Sequence record: MT150133.1
DNA length: 64,000 bases
Origin: Enterobacteria phage vB_EcoM_IME540
Reading direction: 5' to 3' (one strand)
Position numbers and translations under genes: made by a program. Every line of letters begins with the position of its first letter. Within the stretch, counting starts at the first letter, position 1. The notes under the pieces are model-generated. The model was not told the DNA's origin and made no database searches. It worked only from the letters and a program-made list of their open reading frames with translations. Shown piece by piece: positions 21,483 through 31,026 of this stretch.

Positions 21483-21707
21483 TTATTCAGCGCCAGCAGC
21501 TTTCAAAAGTTTTTTAAGATTGGCTATGCCGCCAGCAGAAAACGTGACCTTGCCACCTTTTTCATTGATAGAGCCAGTCAATTTAGCAAGCTTATCACTA
21601 GGGACTTTTTTAAAATCAGCCAGTGTGCCATCAAAGGTTTTTGTAACAATTGGCAGTTCATCTTCATGTCTTTTAGCTTCGGTGATAAATTCTTGATAAG
21701 TTTTCAT
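21483..21707 (-). CDS. internal head protein (IP) with capsid-targeting sequence
   Basis: MKTYQEFITE|AKRHEDE... 74 aa. Sits where T4 ipI lies, next to 57B. Confidence 0.7.
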   Translation of the reverse strand: MKTYQEFITEAKRHEDELPIVTKTFDGTLADFKKVPSDKLAKLTGSINEKGGKVTFSAGGIANLKKLLKAAGAE

Positions 21708-21744
21708 TTTGATTTCCGTTTGGTTAGTTTGTTTTGATAGGTCT

Positions 21745-21773
21745 ATAGTATCATGCCTATAGACCTTGTAAAC
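21745..21773 (-). promoter_or_regulatory. early promoter (GTTTAC -17 nt- TGATACTAT) with 10-bp palindrome
   Basis: Minus strand GTTTACA-AGGTCTATAG-GCATGATA-CTATAGACCT-ATCAAAAC. Arms lie at 21739-21748 and 21757-21766. Confidence 0.7.
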
Positions 21774-21784
21774 AACTTTTTAAA

Positions 21785-22477
<693 letters not shown>

Positions 22478-22485
<8 letters not shown>

Positions 22486-23239
22486 TTTTATTTCCTAATA
22501 ATTTATCAATAGTGGTGTATAGTTCAGAAAGAGTGCCGTTATTTTCAACAACAACGTCACCAGGTAAAATTGGTAGACCCGCTTCAGTGATGTGCGAGTC
22601 TTGTACTTGACCGGTTTCAGCGCGAACTACATGAATAATCGTAGCACCCATCGCTCTGAGCGAATCAATTTCGTGTGTTTGACGAACATCAGGTACGACA
22701 TAGTATTTCGCATCAGAGTATATTTTATCAAAATAGTCTAAAGCGAACAACTTAACCCAATACATCTTATCAAATTGGTTAACAATAATATCAGTCCCAA
22801 GGGTCTGCATGAGACGACGTACTGACCAATTGTTATTTTTATTTATTACTTCAAACAGTTGGTCTTTTGTTTCTTCAGACAGATACTGGACTGCGGTAAG
22901 ACCATAATGATATGCGGTACGAACATCCATTCCTGGAATAGGAAGGATATTATTCAGTTTGACAATAGCATTTTCAAAGATATCAATCACATCATATGGT
23001 TTTAAAGGAATGATTTCTTCACGGTCGTAACCGATACCTTCAAAACAGTTAAAATCTAGTTTAGGCATGTAACTACGGTCGAATACAGGGTCATCAGAGA
23101 TGTATTCATAGGCTTCAGCCAGATACTTTTTAATAGGACCTGCGAGCTGAAATTTTACCGAATCCATATTTTCGATTACATAGTTAGCAACGGTATCCTT
23201 ACCGCTACGTTTGATTCCTACAATTGATATTAGTTTCAT
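22478..23239 (-). CDS. 1: deoxynucleoside monophosphate kinase (gp1)
   Basis: P-loop GIKRSGKDT. WSVRRLMQTLGTDIIVNQFDKMYWVKLFALDY and HITEAGLPI match T4 gp1. Confidence 0.92.
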
Positions 23240-23829
23240 TATTTTCTCATAGATGGATGCATAGACATACGAGCCACTCGTTGTTCGGCATACGAATCAA
23301 TTTGTGGACGACCTGTAACTATTGTACCATCTATTTCTACAGCAAACGATTTGAAGTTGAATGTTGCTGTAGCGATTATCGCTGGGTCAGAATCCTCTTT
23401 ATAAGAGTACTGGATTTCCGAGAGGTCAGATGGCCAACCACCGTAGTAATGAATGCTCATTACGATTTTTTGTTTGTTGTTATCAAGGATGTGGAGGGTG
23501 ATAGCTTCCGGTTGTCCTTTAGGGTGCCAGGCTTCTGAATCATGGGTTACATAGTTGTTTAATGACAACATCCACTTATAAACACCAAGCCATGATTTCA
23601 ATTCACGGTCTACAAGAAAGTTCACAATCAATGGATCGAATTCTACCGTAGAACCTGGCAGCTTAGCACGATGTATGCCCTGGGTCGATCCCGGGACGTC
23701 TGAGACCGGAATATGGATACCCGGTAGTGTTACATCTTGTACGTTCAATTTGAATGCCTGCGTCATTCCTGCGTCACTAACCTCTAAGATAAAGTTAGTA
23801 GTGTTAGTTTGGTTAAATAAACCGTTCAT
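23239..23829 (-). CDS. 3: gp3 tail completion / tube terminator protein
   Basis: Synteny (1-3-2-4). Track ORF trimmed to ATG 23829 (MNGLFNQTNTTNFILEVSDAG..., AGGAA SD). The longer form would cover the whole intergenic region. Start uncertain. Confidence 0.7.
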   Translation of the reverse strand: MNGLFNQTNTTNFILEVSDAGMTQAFKLNVQDVTLPGIHIPVSDVPGSTQGIHRAKLPGSTVEFDPLIVNFLVDRELKSWLGVYKWMLSLNNYVTHDSEAWHPKGQPEAITLHILDNNKQKIVMSIHYYGGWPSDLSEIQYSYKEDSDPAIIATATFNFKSFAVEIDGTIVTGRPQIDSYAEQRVARMSMHPSMRK

Positions 23830-23911
23830 AGGGTTCCTATATTGCTTAAGTCCCAGACAGTGTATAATGGTCCTAGGTCTGTTCCATTCAATAACTGGCT
23901 GGGATAATAGA

Positions 23912-24739
23912 TTAAGAATTCTTCCATACTTTCTGAGCTGAGTAACGCTTACCTTTCGATACAAATTGCTGAAGCGGTAATCCTATTACATTAGCCCAAT
24001 CAGACGGTTTTATCTCTACTAAAGGTCCCTTGATATTTCCAGGGATATAAGCTTTAATCATCACGTCGGCGCCAGCGAATCCTTTTACCTTACTCCAATC
24101 GATTTTTAATTTAGTCGAGTTCGTAATGGTAGGCGTACTCGCGTATTGCTTCAGCAATTCTTCCAGAAATTGTTGACGTGCTTTAGGTGGAATATAGTGT
24201 AAGTTCAGTCCGTACATTAAATTATGCTTACCTAACCCAAGATAAATTATTAAAGGATATTTGTCCCAGTATGGTAGGGTATCCTTATGTTTGGCATCAT
24301 AGATATAAGCATAAAGCTTACCAGGAGACGGTTTAGATACCTGGTGTCCACGAATTCCTTTCTTTAATGTTTCTGTAAACCATTTAGCTGATTTATTGTT
24401 TATGGCAGCGCCTTCGTTAGCAATCTTATCGCGAATACTCTTTCTAAAACTATTCACCAAAATTAATTGACGTTCTGCTTTGGTTAATTTATTGCCAGGT
24501 TTCTTCTGAAGTTTTTCAACCTGTACAGCAGTTTTAATTCGACTCGAGTATCGAGACATCGCAGATGTAAAGCTAGAATACTTGATGCCTTTATCTTCAG
24601 CGAATTTCTTAGCCGAAACACCTTTAGCCTTAGCGTTGGCATATTCAACGCCTAAAGTTATCCATTGTTGTTCTGAACGAGTAGGCTTGGAACCTTTTGT
24701 AGTTTCAGTAGCCTCGTTGATGTAAGAAAATATACTCAT
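23912..24739 (-). CDS. 2: gp2 DNA-end protector protein
   Basis: Trimmed to ATG 24739 (GGAAAGG SD, ATGA overlap with the gene 4 stop). 275 aa against 274 in T4. Synteny. Confidence 0.8.
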   Translation of the reverse strand: MSIFSYINEATETTKGSKPTRSEQQWITLGVEYANAKAKGVSAKKFAEDKGIKYSSFTSAMSRYSSRIKTAVQVEKLQKKPGNKLTKAERQLILVNSFRKSIRDKIANEGAAINNKSAKWFTETLKKGIRGHQVSKPSPGKLYAYIYDAKHKDTLPYWDKYPLIIYLGLGKHNLMYGLNLHYIPPKARQQFLEELLKQYASTPTITNSTKLKIDWSKVKGFAGADVMIKAYIPGNIKGPLVEIKPSDWANVIGLPLQQFVSKGKRYSAQKVWKNS

Positions 24740-25185
24740 CCTTTCCATCCTAATTTTTTCAGTGAGTTTTCGGTAATCAATCTGAAATTAATTCCCATTT
24801 TATCTGCTGTAGCTTTAGCAGCTTTCCATTTATCTTTATTTACACTCCATGTATAATGTTCGTTGATATATCTCTTTTTAGCAGCTGTAGTCATTTTAGC
24901 AGGCGCCGCTGGAGGATGGGTCTCTTTAAAAGGTTTGACTTCGAAAAAGAATTGTTGACCATTGTCGAACTTCACCCAGAAGTCCATAAAATACCGACGT
25001 TTCTTTCCATCAGCGTTACTAAAATATGGAATCACAACCTCTTCCGAGTTCCACTGGACGACATTAGGATGGTTATCAAGCCAACGCATAAGCCATGCTT
25101 CCCAAGAGGAACGATATTGGATTTTCTTCCAATCACCTTTATATTTTTGTAAGTTTGTAGGTTTAAATTTCCCTGAGTAGGCCAT
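24736..25185 (-). CDS. 4: gp4 head completion protein
   Basis: 149 aa. [18 protein letters not shown]...SSWE... Diverges from gene 53 across a late-promoter pair, as in T4. Confidence 0.85.
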   Translation of the reverse strand: MAYSGKFKPTNLQKYKGDWKKIQYRSSWEAWLMRWLDNHPNVVQWNSEEVVIPYFSNADGKKRRYFMDFWVKFDNGQQFFFEVKPFKETHPPAAPAKMTTAAKKRYINEHYTWSVNKDKWKAAKATADKMGINFRLITENSLKKLGWKG

Positions 25186-25195
25186 AGTGCCTCCT

Positions 25196-25203
25196 TATAA
25201 ATA
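25196..25203 (+). promoter_or_regulatory. late promoter TATAAATA (gene 53 rightward)
   Basis: Exact motif, intergenic, 28 nt before ATG 25231. Confidence 0.75.
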
Positions 25204-25210
25204 TTAATAT

Positions 25211-25218
25211 TATTTATA
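25211..25218 (-). promoter_or_regulatory. late promoter TATAAATA (genes 4-2-3 leftward)
   Basis: Exact motif on the minus strand, 26 nt before ATG 25185. Back-to-back with the plus-strand promoter. Confidence 0.75.
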
Positions 25219-25230
25219 CTCGGAGGCACT

Positions 25231-25833
25231 ATGCTCTTCTCATTTTTCGATCCCATCGATTACGAATCAAAAACAGTCAAGCCAGATTCCGGCTCATTAA
25301 CTGATGCCGATGTACTGAGCGTACCGATGACTGATATATTTAGAAACTATAAAGAATATTTTGATAAAGTGGCTAAAAATTATACACTTAAAACATATTA
25401 TATCAGTGGGGCCCCTCGTCCAGAAGAATTAGCCCATCAACTTTATGGTAACGTGCAATTATATTGGGTCCTTTTAATGTGTAACAATATCTATGACCCT
25501 TATTACGGCTGGATTACAGGCCAAGAATCTGCGTATCAAGCAGCTATTCAACGTTATGCTACTGCAGGCGGAAACCAAGTCCTTTATCATGTCAATGAAA
25601 AGGGTGAGAAATTCTGGAATCTAGTAAATACTCCGGAAAATCCTTATACTTGGTACGATAAAGGTGATACAGAAAAACGTTATCCTCAATATGAAGGTCC
25701 TTTGGCTGCAGTAGATATTTACGAGGACGCCATTCGTAAAAATGAATATAAGCGCGAAATAAAGATTATAGACCCTAATGACATCGAGTCCTTTGTTTCC
25801 GCTTTAATTAGAGAAATGGAGAAGTCACTCTAA
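25231..25833 (+). CDS. 53: gp53 baseplate wedge protein
   Basis: 200 aa. MLFSFFDPIDYE..., PMTDIFRNYKEYF, LYWVLLMCNNIYDPYYGWIT and YPQYEGPLAAVD match T4 gp53. Confidence 0.92.
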   Translation: MLFSFFDPIDYESKTVKPDSGSLTDADVLSVPMTDIFRNYKEYFDKVAKNYTLKTYYISGAPRPEELAHQLYGNVQLYWVLLMCNNIYDPYYGWITGQESAYQAAIQRYATAGGNQVLYHVNEKGEKFWNLVNTPENPYTWYDKGDTEKRYPQYEGPLAAVDIYEDAIRKNEYKREIKIIDPNDIESFVSALIREMEKSL

Positions 25834-26468
25834 TGTTTTATTACGTCTATAAAATAACCAATATAATTAATGGTAAATTTTATATCGGTGCTCATAGTAC
25901 ATCAAATATGGATGACGGTTATATGGGCTCAGGTAAATTAATTAAACGCGCTATACTAAAATATGGCATTGAAAATTTCAAAAAAGAAATATTAAAATTT
26001 GTTGATTCTAAAAAAGAAATGTATGAACTCGAAAAAGAACTTGTTGTCCTTACTGAAAATTCATACAATTTAAAACCGGGCGGTTCCGGTGGGTTTTTAA
26101 AACATGATAACTTTAAAGGCAGGTCCCATAGTCAGAAAACCAAAGATATTATGAGCGCTAATAACTCAGGCAAAAACAATCCTATGTATGGTAGAAAACG
26201 AGACCAACACGGAGAAAAAGCACCTAATTATGGTAAAAAGTGCTCTGAGGCTAAAAGAAAATTACTTTCTGAAAAATCTAAATCCTATTTTGAAAACCTT
26301 CAAACCATAACTAAAAATCTCGGCTTTGGTCCTACATCGGTTGAAACTAGATATGTATCAAGACATATTAAAAAGCTAGGATTAGATTTTTATAAATTTA
26401 ATCGTGATATAACAGAAACTAATGTTTCCATAGTTAGAAATATTTTAGAACAAAGGAAAGCGCTATGA
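25833..26468 (+). CDS. GIY-YIG homing endonuclease (Seg-like) inserted between genes 53 and 5
   Basis: MFYYVYKITNIINGKFYIGAHST...MGSGK. The N-domain is paralogous to SegB at 19033-19698, with NUMOD-like repeats. Its start overlaps the 53 stop (TAATG) and its stop overlaps the gene 5 start (ATGA). Confidence 0.8.
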   Translation: MFYYVYKITNIINGKFYIGAHSTSNMDDGYMGSGKLIKRAILKYGIENFKKEILKFVDSKKEMYELEKELVVLTENSYNLKPGGSGGFLKHDNFKGRSHSQKTKDIMSANNSGKNNPMYGRKRDQHGEKAPNYGKKCSEAKRKLLSEKSKSYFENLQTITKNLGFGPTSVETRYVSRHIKKLGLDFYKFNRDITETNVSIVRNILEQRKAL

Positions 26469-28207
26469 TTAACATGTCTGATAATGTAAGTTGGTTCGTC
26501 GGTGTGGTTGAAGACCGTATGGACCCACTCCAACAAGGACGCGTTCGAGTTCGTGTCTGGGGCCTGCATCCTTACGAAAAGGTCCAAGGTCCTGTAAAAG
26601 GCCTTCGTACAGAGGATTTACCGTGGATGTCCGTATTAATGCCTACATCTTCTGCCTCTGTTTCTGGTATCCAAACCGCTATGACTGGTATGGTTCCAGG
26701 TACTCAGGTTTATGGGCACTTTCTTGATAAGTGGAAATTAAACGGGCTTGTCCTCGGTACATATGGTTCCGCTTCAAGACAAAAGGCTAATCCTAATGAA
26801 GGTTTTAGTGACCCGACAGGTCAATACCCACTTTATTTGGGTAATGATGCTGCAGCACTAAACCGAGGTGGTGAAGTTGGATACGATGCCACTTCTAACG
26901 TAATACAAGATGCAAACACCGATGTAGGTATTAACCCAGACGGTTTGGATTTGAGCCAAGTCAAGCCTGATGATAATCCTAATTTCACAATAGAAAACAT
27001 GCTTCATCGTGATGAAGGGCTTAGACTGAAGGTATATTGGGATACCGAAGGTTATCCTACTATAGGTATAGGCCACCTTATCACACCACAACCTATTAGA
27101 GATATGAATCGAATAAACAAAATATTATCTAATCAGGTAGGACGAGAAGTTAAAGGTAACCCTGGTGCAATATCAATGGATGAGGCTTCTAAATTATTCC
27201 AAGAAGACCTTAAAAAAGTCCAAAACGATATAGGTCGGCATAGTGTTGTAGGTCCTGTTTACAATAAAGAAAACCGTTCAAGACAAATGGCTCTTGAAAA
27301 CATGGCTTTCCAAATGGGATTAGGTGGATTGGCTAAATTCCGTGGAATGCTTAGTGCAATGCTAATAGGCGATTATAAAAAGGCATTTGAGGAAGCTCGT
27401 AATTCAGTATGGTTTAACCAAACTAAAGGTCGCGCATCAAGGGTGTCAATGATTATCCTCACAGGTAACATGGAATCATATGGTATTATGGCCCCTAAAG
27501 AAAGGTCATTTAATGGCCGTTCGTATAGAATGATTCAAACCTTTGTGGCCCCTACAAATTCAGACCCTGCCGACCCGTGGACTCCAGAAGACACAAGGAT
27601 TCTTTTTAAAGAACCTGATTCTAGTTATAAAGGCGAATATCCATATGTCCAAACCATGCAAACTGAAGGCGGGCATATCCAAGAATTCGATAATACCCCA
27701 GGGCAAGAACGATACCGTTTAATCCATCCTACCGGTAGTTATGAAGAAGTTGCTCCTGACGGACGTAAAACTTCTAAGACGGTAGCCGATGGTTATTATA
27801 TGACCCAAGGCGATTCAAATACTTATGTTGGTGGTAATAATAAGGTCAATATAGGCGGCGATGAAACCTATTATAATATGGCAAACGTTCGTCGTCAAAC
27901 TGACGGGTCTGAAAGCATCCATATTCGTGGTAATGAAACTAAAACAGTAGAAGGTGACGGAACCCTTATTGTTAAAGGAAACGTAACAATTCTTGTCGAG
28001 GGTAGTGCTGATATAACTGTTAAGGGCGATGCTAAAACATTAGTTGAAGGCAATCATGACTATACCGTAAATGGAAACGTTAAATGGTCTGTAAATGGAA
28101 ACGTTGATATGACTGTTGCAGGTAATTGGTCTGAAACTATGTCAACTATGAGTTCTATTGCATCAGGTCAATATACTATTGATGGTTCGAGGATTGACAT
28201 TGGCTAA
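26465..28207 (+). CDS. 5: gp5 baseplate hub / cell-puncturing device with lysozyme domain
   Basis: 580 aa. OB domain WFVGVVEDRMDPLQQGRVRVRV, lysozyme domain DEGLRLKVYWDTEGYPTIGIGH, and a C-terminal beta-helix with VxGxxxxx repeats ending QYTIDGSRIDIG as in T4. Confidence 0.96.
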   Translation: MINMSDNVSWFVGVVEDRMDPLQQGRVRVRVWGLHPYEKVQGPVKGLRTEDLPWMSVLMPTSSASVSGIQTAMTGMVPGTQVYGHFLDKWKLNGLVLGTYGSASRQKANPNEGFSDPTGQYPLYLGNDAAALNRGGEVGYDATSNVIQDANTDVGINPDGLDLSQVKPDDNPNFTIENMLHRDEGLRLKVYWDTEGYPTIGIGHLITPQPIRDMNRINKILSNQVGREVKGNPGAISMDEASKLFQEDLKKVQNDIGRHSVVGPVYNKENRSRQMALENMAFQMGLGGLAKFRGMLSAMLIGDYKKAFEEARNSVWFNQTKGRASRVSMIILTGNMESYGIMAPKERSFNGRSYRMIQTFVAPTNSDPADPWTPEDTRILFKEPDSSYKGEYPYVQTMQTEGGHIQEFDNTPGQERYRLIHPTGSYEEVAPDGRKTSKTVADGYYMTQGDSNTYVGGNNKVNIGGDETYYNMANVRRQTDGSESIHIRGNETKTVEGDGTLIVKGNVTILVEGSADITVKGDAKTLVEGNHDYTVNGNVKWSVNGNVDMTVAGNWSETMSTMSSIASGQYTIDGSRIDIG

Positions 28208-28217
28208 TATCCTACCG

Positions 28218-28739
28218 ATGAGCACTGATTTAGGAGATTCCATGGAAGGAAGCTCTATCGATGTTACGTTTACCGCTCAACTAGAAACAAACGAAACATT
28301 AGTCGAAATAAATATAACAGAATATGAGCCAACAGAAGGCATCACAGTTGATGGAGCTCATTTATATGGAACCTACGAATCGGTATTTGGATTCTCTGAG
28401 GATGCATTAAAATACCGATTAGGTGACGAATTTAAAACTGCTGGTTCATGGAAAGATTTACCGGAGGACGAGAGCACCCAATTATACCTCTGGAAAGCCC
28501 CTAGTAATCTCCAGAAGACTTTTTCTTATACGGTCACATTAATCTATGACTTTCAGGAAGAGACGTCAGGAGGTGATACAGGGAACTCAGGAGGTAGTAA
28601 TTCCAGAGCCGGTAACGAAACCGATCCGCCTCCTGCTCCAATAAGAAAAACCCTTACTAAGGTTTATACCAAGGTTATAGTGGGTAATTGGAGTCGCTGG
28701 GGAGACCAATTAAGAGAATATGTATATGCGAGGCCATAA
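28218..28739 (+). CDS. 5.1: gp5.1-position protein (173 aa)
   Basis: The track ORF begins at a TTG inside gene 5. The first ATG after the gene 5 stop is 28218. Has a Gly/Ser/Asn/Pro-rich segment. Synteny only; start uncertain. Confidence 0.6.
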   Translation: MSTDLGDSMEGSSIDVTFTAQLETNETLVEINITEYEPTEGITVDGAHLYGTYESVFGFSEDALKYRLGDEFKTAGSWKDLPEDESTQLYLWKAPSNLQKTFSYTVTLIYDFQEETSGGDTGNSGGSNSRAGNETDPPPAPIRKTLTKVYTKVIVGNWSRWGDQLREYVYARP

Positions 28740-29032
28740 TGTCGGGCTTAAGTTATAACCAATGCGTAACCGCAGGTCATGAAGCATGGCCTCCTACAGT
28801 AATAAACGCCACCCAAGGTAAAGTATTTACGGGTGGTATTCCTGTATTAGTAGATGGTGACCCTATTACAGAACACACCGAAATTAAAAAACCATATGAA
28901 ACCCATGGTGGGGTAACCCAACCTAGAACATCAAAGGTATATGTTACAGGCAAAAAGGCCGTCCAGATGGCAGACCCTATTTCGTGCGGAGATACAGTCG
29001 CACAAGCCTCATCTAAAGTATTCATAAAATAG
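28739..29032 (+). CDS. 5.4: gp5.4 PAAR-repeat spike-tip protein
   Basis: 97 aa from ATG 28739 (TAATG overlap). [33 protein letters not shown]...[16 protein letters not shown] closely matches T4 gp5.4. Confidence 0.92.
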   Translation: MSGLSYNQCVTAGHEAWPPTVINATQGKVFTGGIPVLVDGDPITEHTEIKKPYETHGGVTQPRTSKVYVTGKKAVQMADPISCGDTVAQASSKVFIK

Positions 29033-29040
29033 GAATTAAA

Positions 29041-30999
29041 ATGGCTACTCCTACGAATTACCAATTAACAAGAACCGTTAACGCTATCCCAAAAGTATTT
29101 GTGGGAGCTACGTTTGAAGAGATTAAAAAGAATATTATCGATTGGCTTTCTAGTCAGAAAGAATTCCAGGATTATGATTTCGTAGGTTCGCGAATGAATA
29201 TCCTGATTGACATGTTAGCTTACAATACCCTGTATATGCAGCAATTTGCTAACACTGCTGTATATGAATCATTTATTGGCACAGCTAACTTGCGTTCCTC
29301 TGTAGTCCAGGCTGCACAGGATAATGGCTACCTTCCTAGTTCTAAATCAGCAGCAAAAACAAGTATCATGTTGACCTGTACCCAGGCTCTTAATGAAAAG
29401 AATATTCGTATCCCACGTGGTACTAAATTCTTGGCTTATGCCCGTGATACTTCGGCCGACCCGTATGCTTTTGTTACCACGGAAAACGTTATTGCCGTAC
29501 GTGATGTTAACAACCAATATCTTCCTATTGTATCTTTAGCACAGGGTCGTATTATCCGTACCGAACTCAAGTATGACCCTAAAACTCCTATTCTTATTCG
29601 CGACCCGGATATCGACCGTCAAGAAGTTAAGCTTTATGTTGATGGTGCAGAATGGATTAACTGGACTAATAAATCAATGGTTCACGCTGGTAGCACATCT
29701 ACCATTTATTATATGCGCGAAACCGTAGATGGTAATACAGAATTCTTCTTTGGTGAGGGTGAAGCTGAGAAATCTGTTGCTGGTGGAGTATTGGAAGCTA
29801 ATTATATTGGTGGTCTAAAACCGGTTAAAGATTCTACCATTGTTATAGAATACCTTCGAACAGATGGTGAAGTTGCAAACGGTGCAGTTGACTTTAGTTA
29901 TGCTGACTCCTTAGCATATATTACGGTAGAAAAAATTACTGAAAACTACAACAACGACCCTGATTATGTGGGTGCTGATGGTGGTGGTGACCCTGAAGAT
30001 ATTGAACGTATTCGTGAATTGGCTGTAGTTAAGCGCGAAGCCCAGATGCGTGCTGTAACTGGTACAGATTATGATACATTCGTTTCGGAACGATTTGGGT
30101 CTATTGTACAAGCAGTACAAACCTTTACCGATTCAAATAAACCAGGTTATGCTTTTGTTACTATTAAGCCTAAATCCGGATTATATTTGACGGCGGTACA
30201 ACGCGAAGATATCCAAAATTATCTTTCAGAATTTAACTTGGCACCTATTACTCCTTCGGTTATTTCTCCTGACTACTTGTTCTTGAAGCATAAAATTAAG
30301 GTTTCATATGCACTGAACAAATTACAGGAATCTGAACAGTGGTTGTCAGCCCAAATCCTTTCCCAAATAGACCGTTATTATATTAACGAAGTTGAGATAT
30401 TCAACCATGGGTTCGCTAAGTCTAAAATGTTGTCTTATATTGATAATGCCGACCATAGTATCCTTGGTTCTTCTGCTACGGTGACCATGGTTCGCGAGGT
30501 ATTGAACTTTTTCAAAACACCTGAATCAGGTATTAAATACTATAATCAATACACCAACCGTTCTGTAGCTTCTAGTGAATTTGAGTTCGTCCCAACAAAC
30601 GTATCTGATGATATTAAATCTTATAACGTGCGTATTGTTGCTACAGATAAAGACGAACGGGGCGATGGTAAAATGGTTATAGGTCCTTTCCGACCTGGTG
30701 ATGTAATTGAAAACCAATACATCCAACCTTATACCGGAGATGACTTCGATAAAATGGCAGCGCCTGCAGACCAATCAGTTTACTATGTTATTGGCGAAAT
30801 TGATTATTACTCAGACTTTATTTTCTGGGATATCGCCGCAATAGGCCTTACTTCAGATCGTTTTGAAGTCCAGTCTATTGAACTTTATGCAGGGCCAGAC
30901 CAAGACAACATCTTTACCAAAGACGGTTCTTTAATCGTATTTGAAGATGACCTTCGCCCTCAGTACACAACTATAGAGTTGGAACCCATTACAATATAA
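29041..30999 (+). CDS. 6: gp6 baseplate wedge protein
   Basis: 652 aa (T4 660). Synteny between 5.4 and 7, with recalled similarity. Confidence 0.88.
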   Translation: MATPTNYQLTRTVNAIPKVFVGATFEEIKKNIIDWLSSQKEFQDYDFVGSRMNILIDMLAYNTLYMQQFANTAVYESFIGTANLRSSVVQAAQDNGYLPSSKSAAKTSIMLTCTQALNEKNIRIPRGTKFLAYARDTSADPYAFVTTENVIAVRDVNNQYLPIVSLAQGRIIRTELKYDPKTPILIRDPDIDRQEVKLYVDGAEWINWTNKSMVHAGSTSTIYYMRETVDGNTEFFFGEGEAEKSVAGGVLEANYIGGLKPVKDSTIVIEYLRTDGEVANGAVDFSYADSLAYITVEKITENYNNDPDYVGADGGGDPEDIERIRELAVVKREAQMRAVTGTDYDTFVSERFGSIVQAVQTFTDSNKPGYAFVTIKPKSGLYLTAVQREDIQNYLSEFNLAPITPSVISPDYLFLKHKIKVSYALNKLQESEQWLSAQILSQIDRYYINEVEIFNHGFAKSKMLSYIDNADHSILGSSATVTMVREVLNFFKTPESGIKYYNQYTNRSVASSEFEFVPTNVSDDIKSYNVRIVATDKDERGDGKMVIGPFRPGDVIENQYIQPYTGDDFDKMAAPADQSVYYVIGEIDYYSDFIFWDIAAIGLTSDRFEVQSIELYAGPDQDNIFTKDGSLIVFEDDLRPQYTTIELEPITI

Positions 31000-31026
31000 G
31001 CCTCTTCGGAGGTTTAAGGAGATTTA

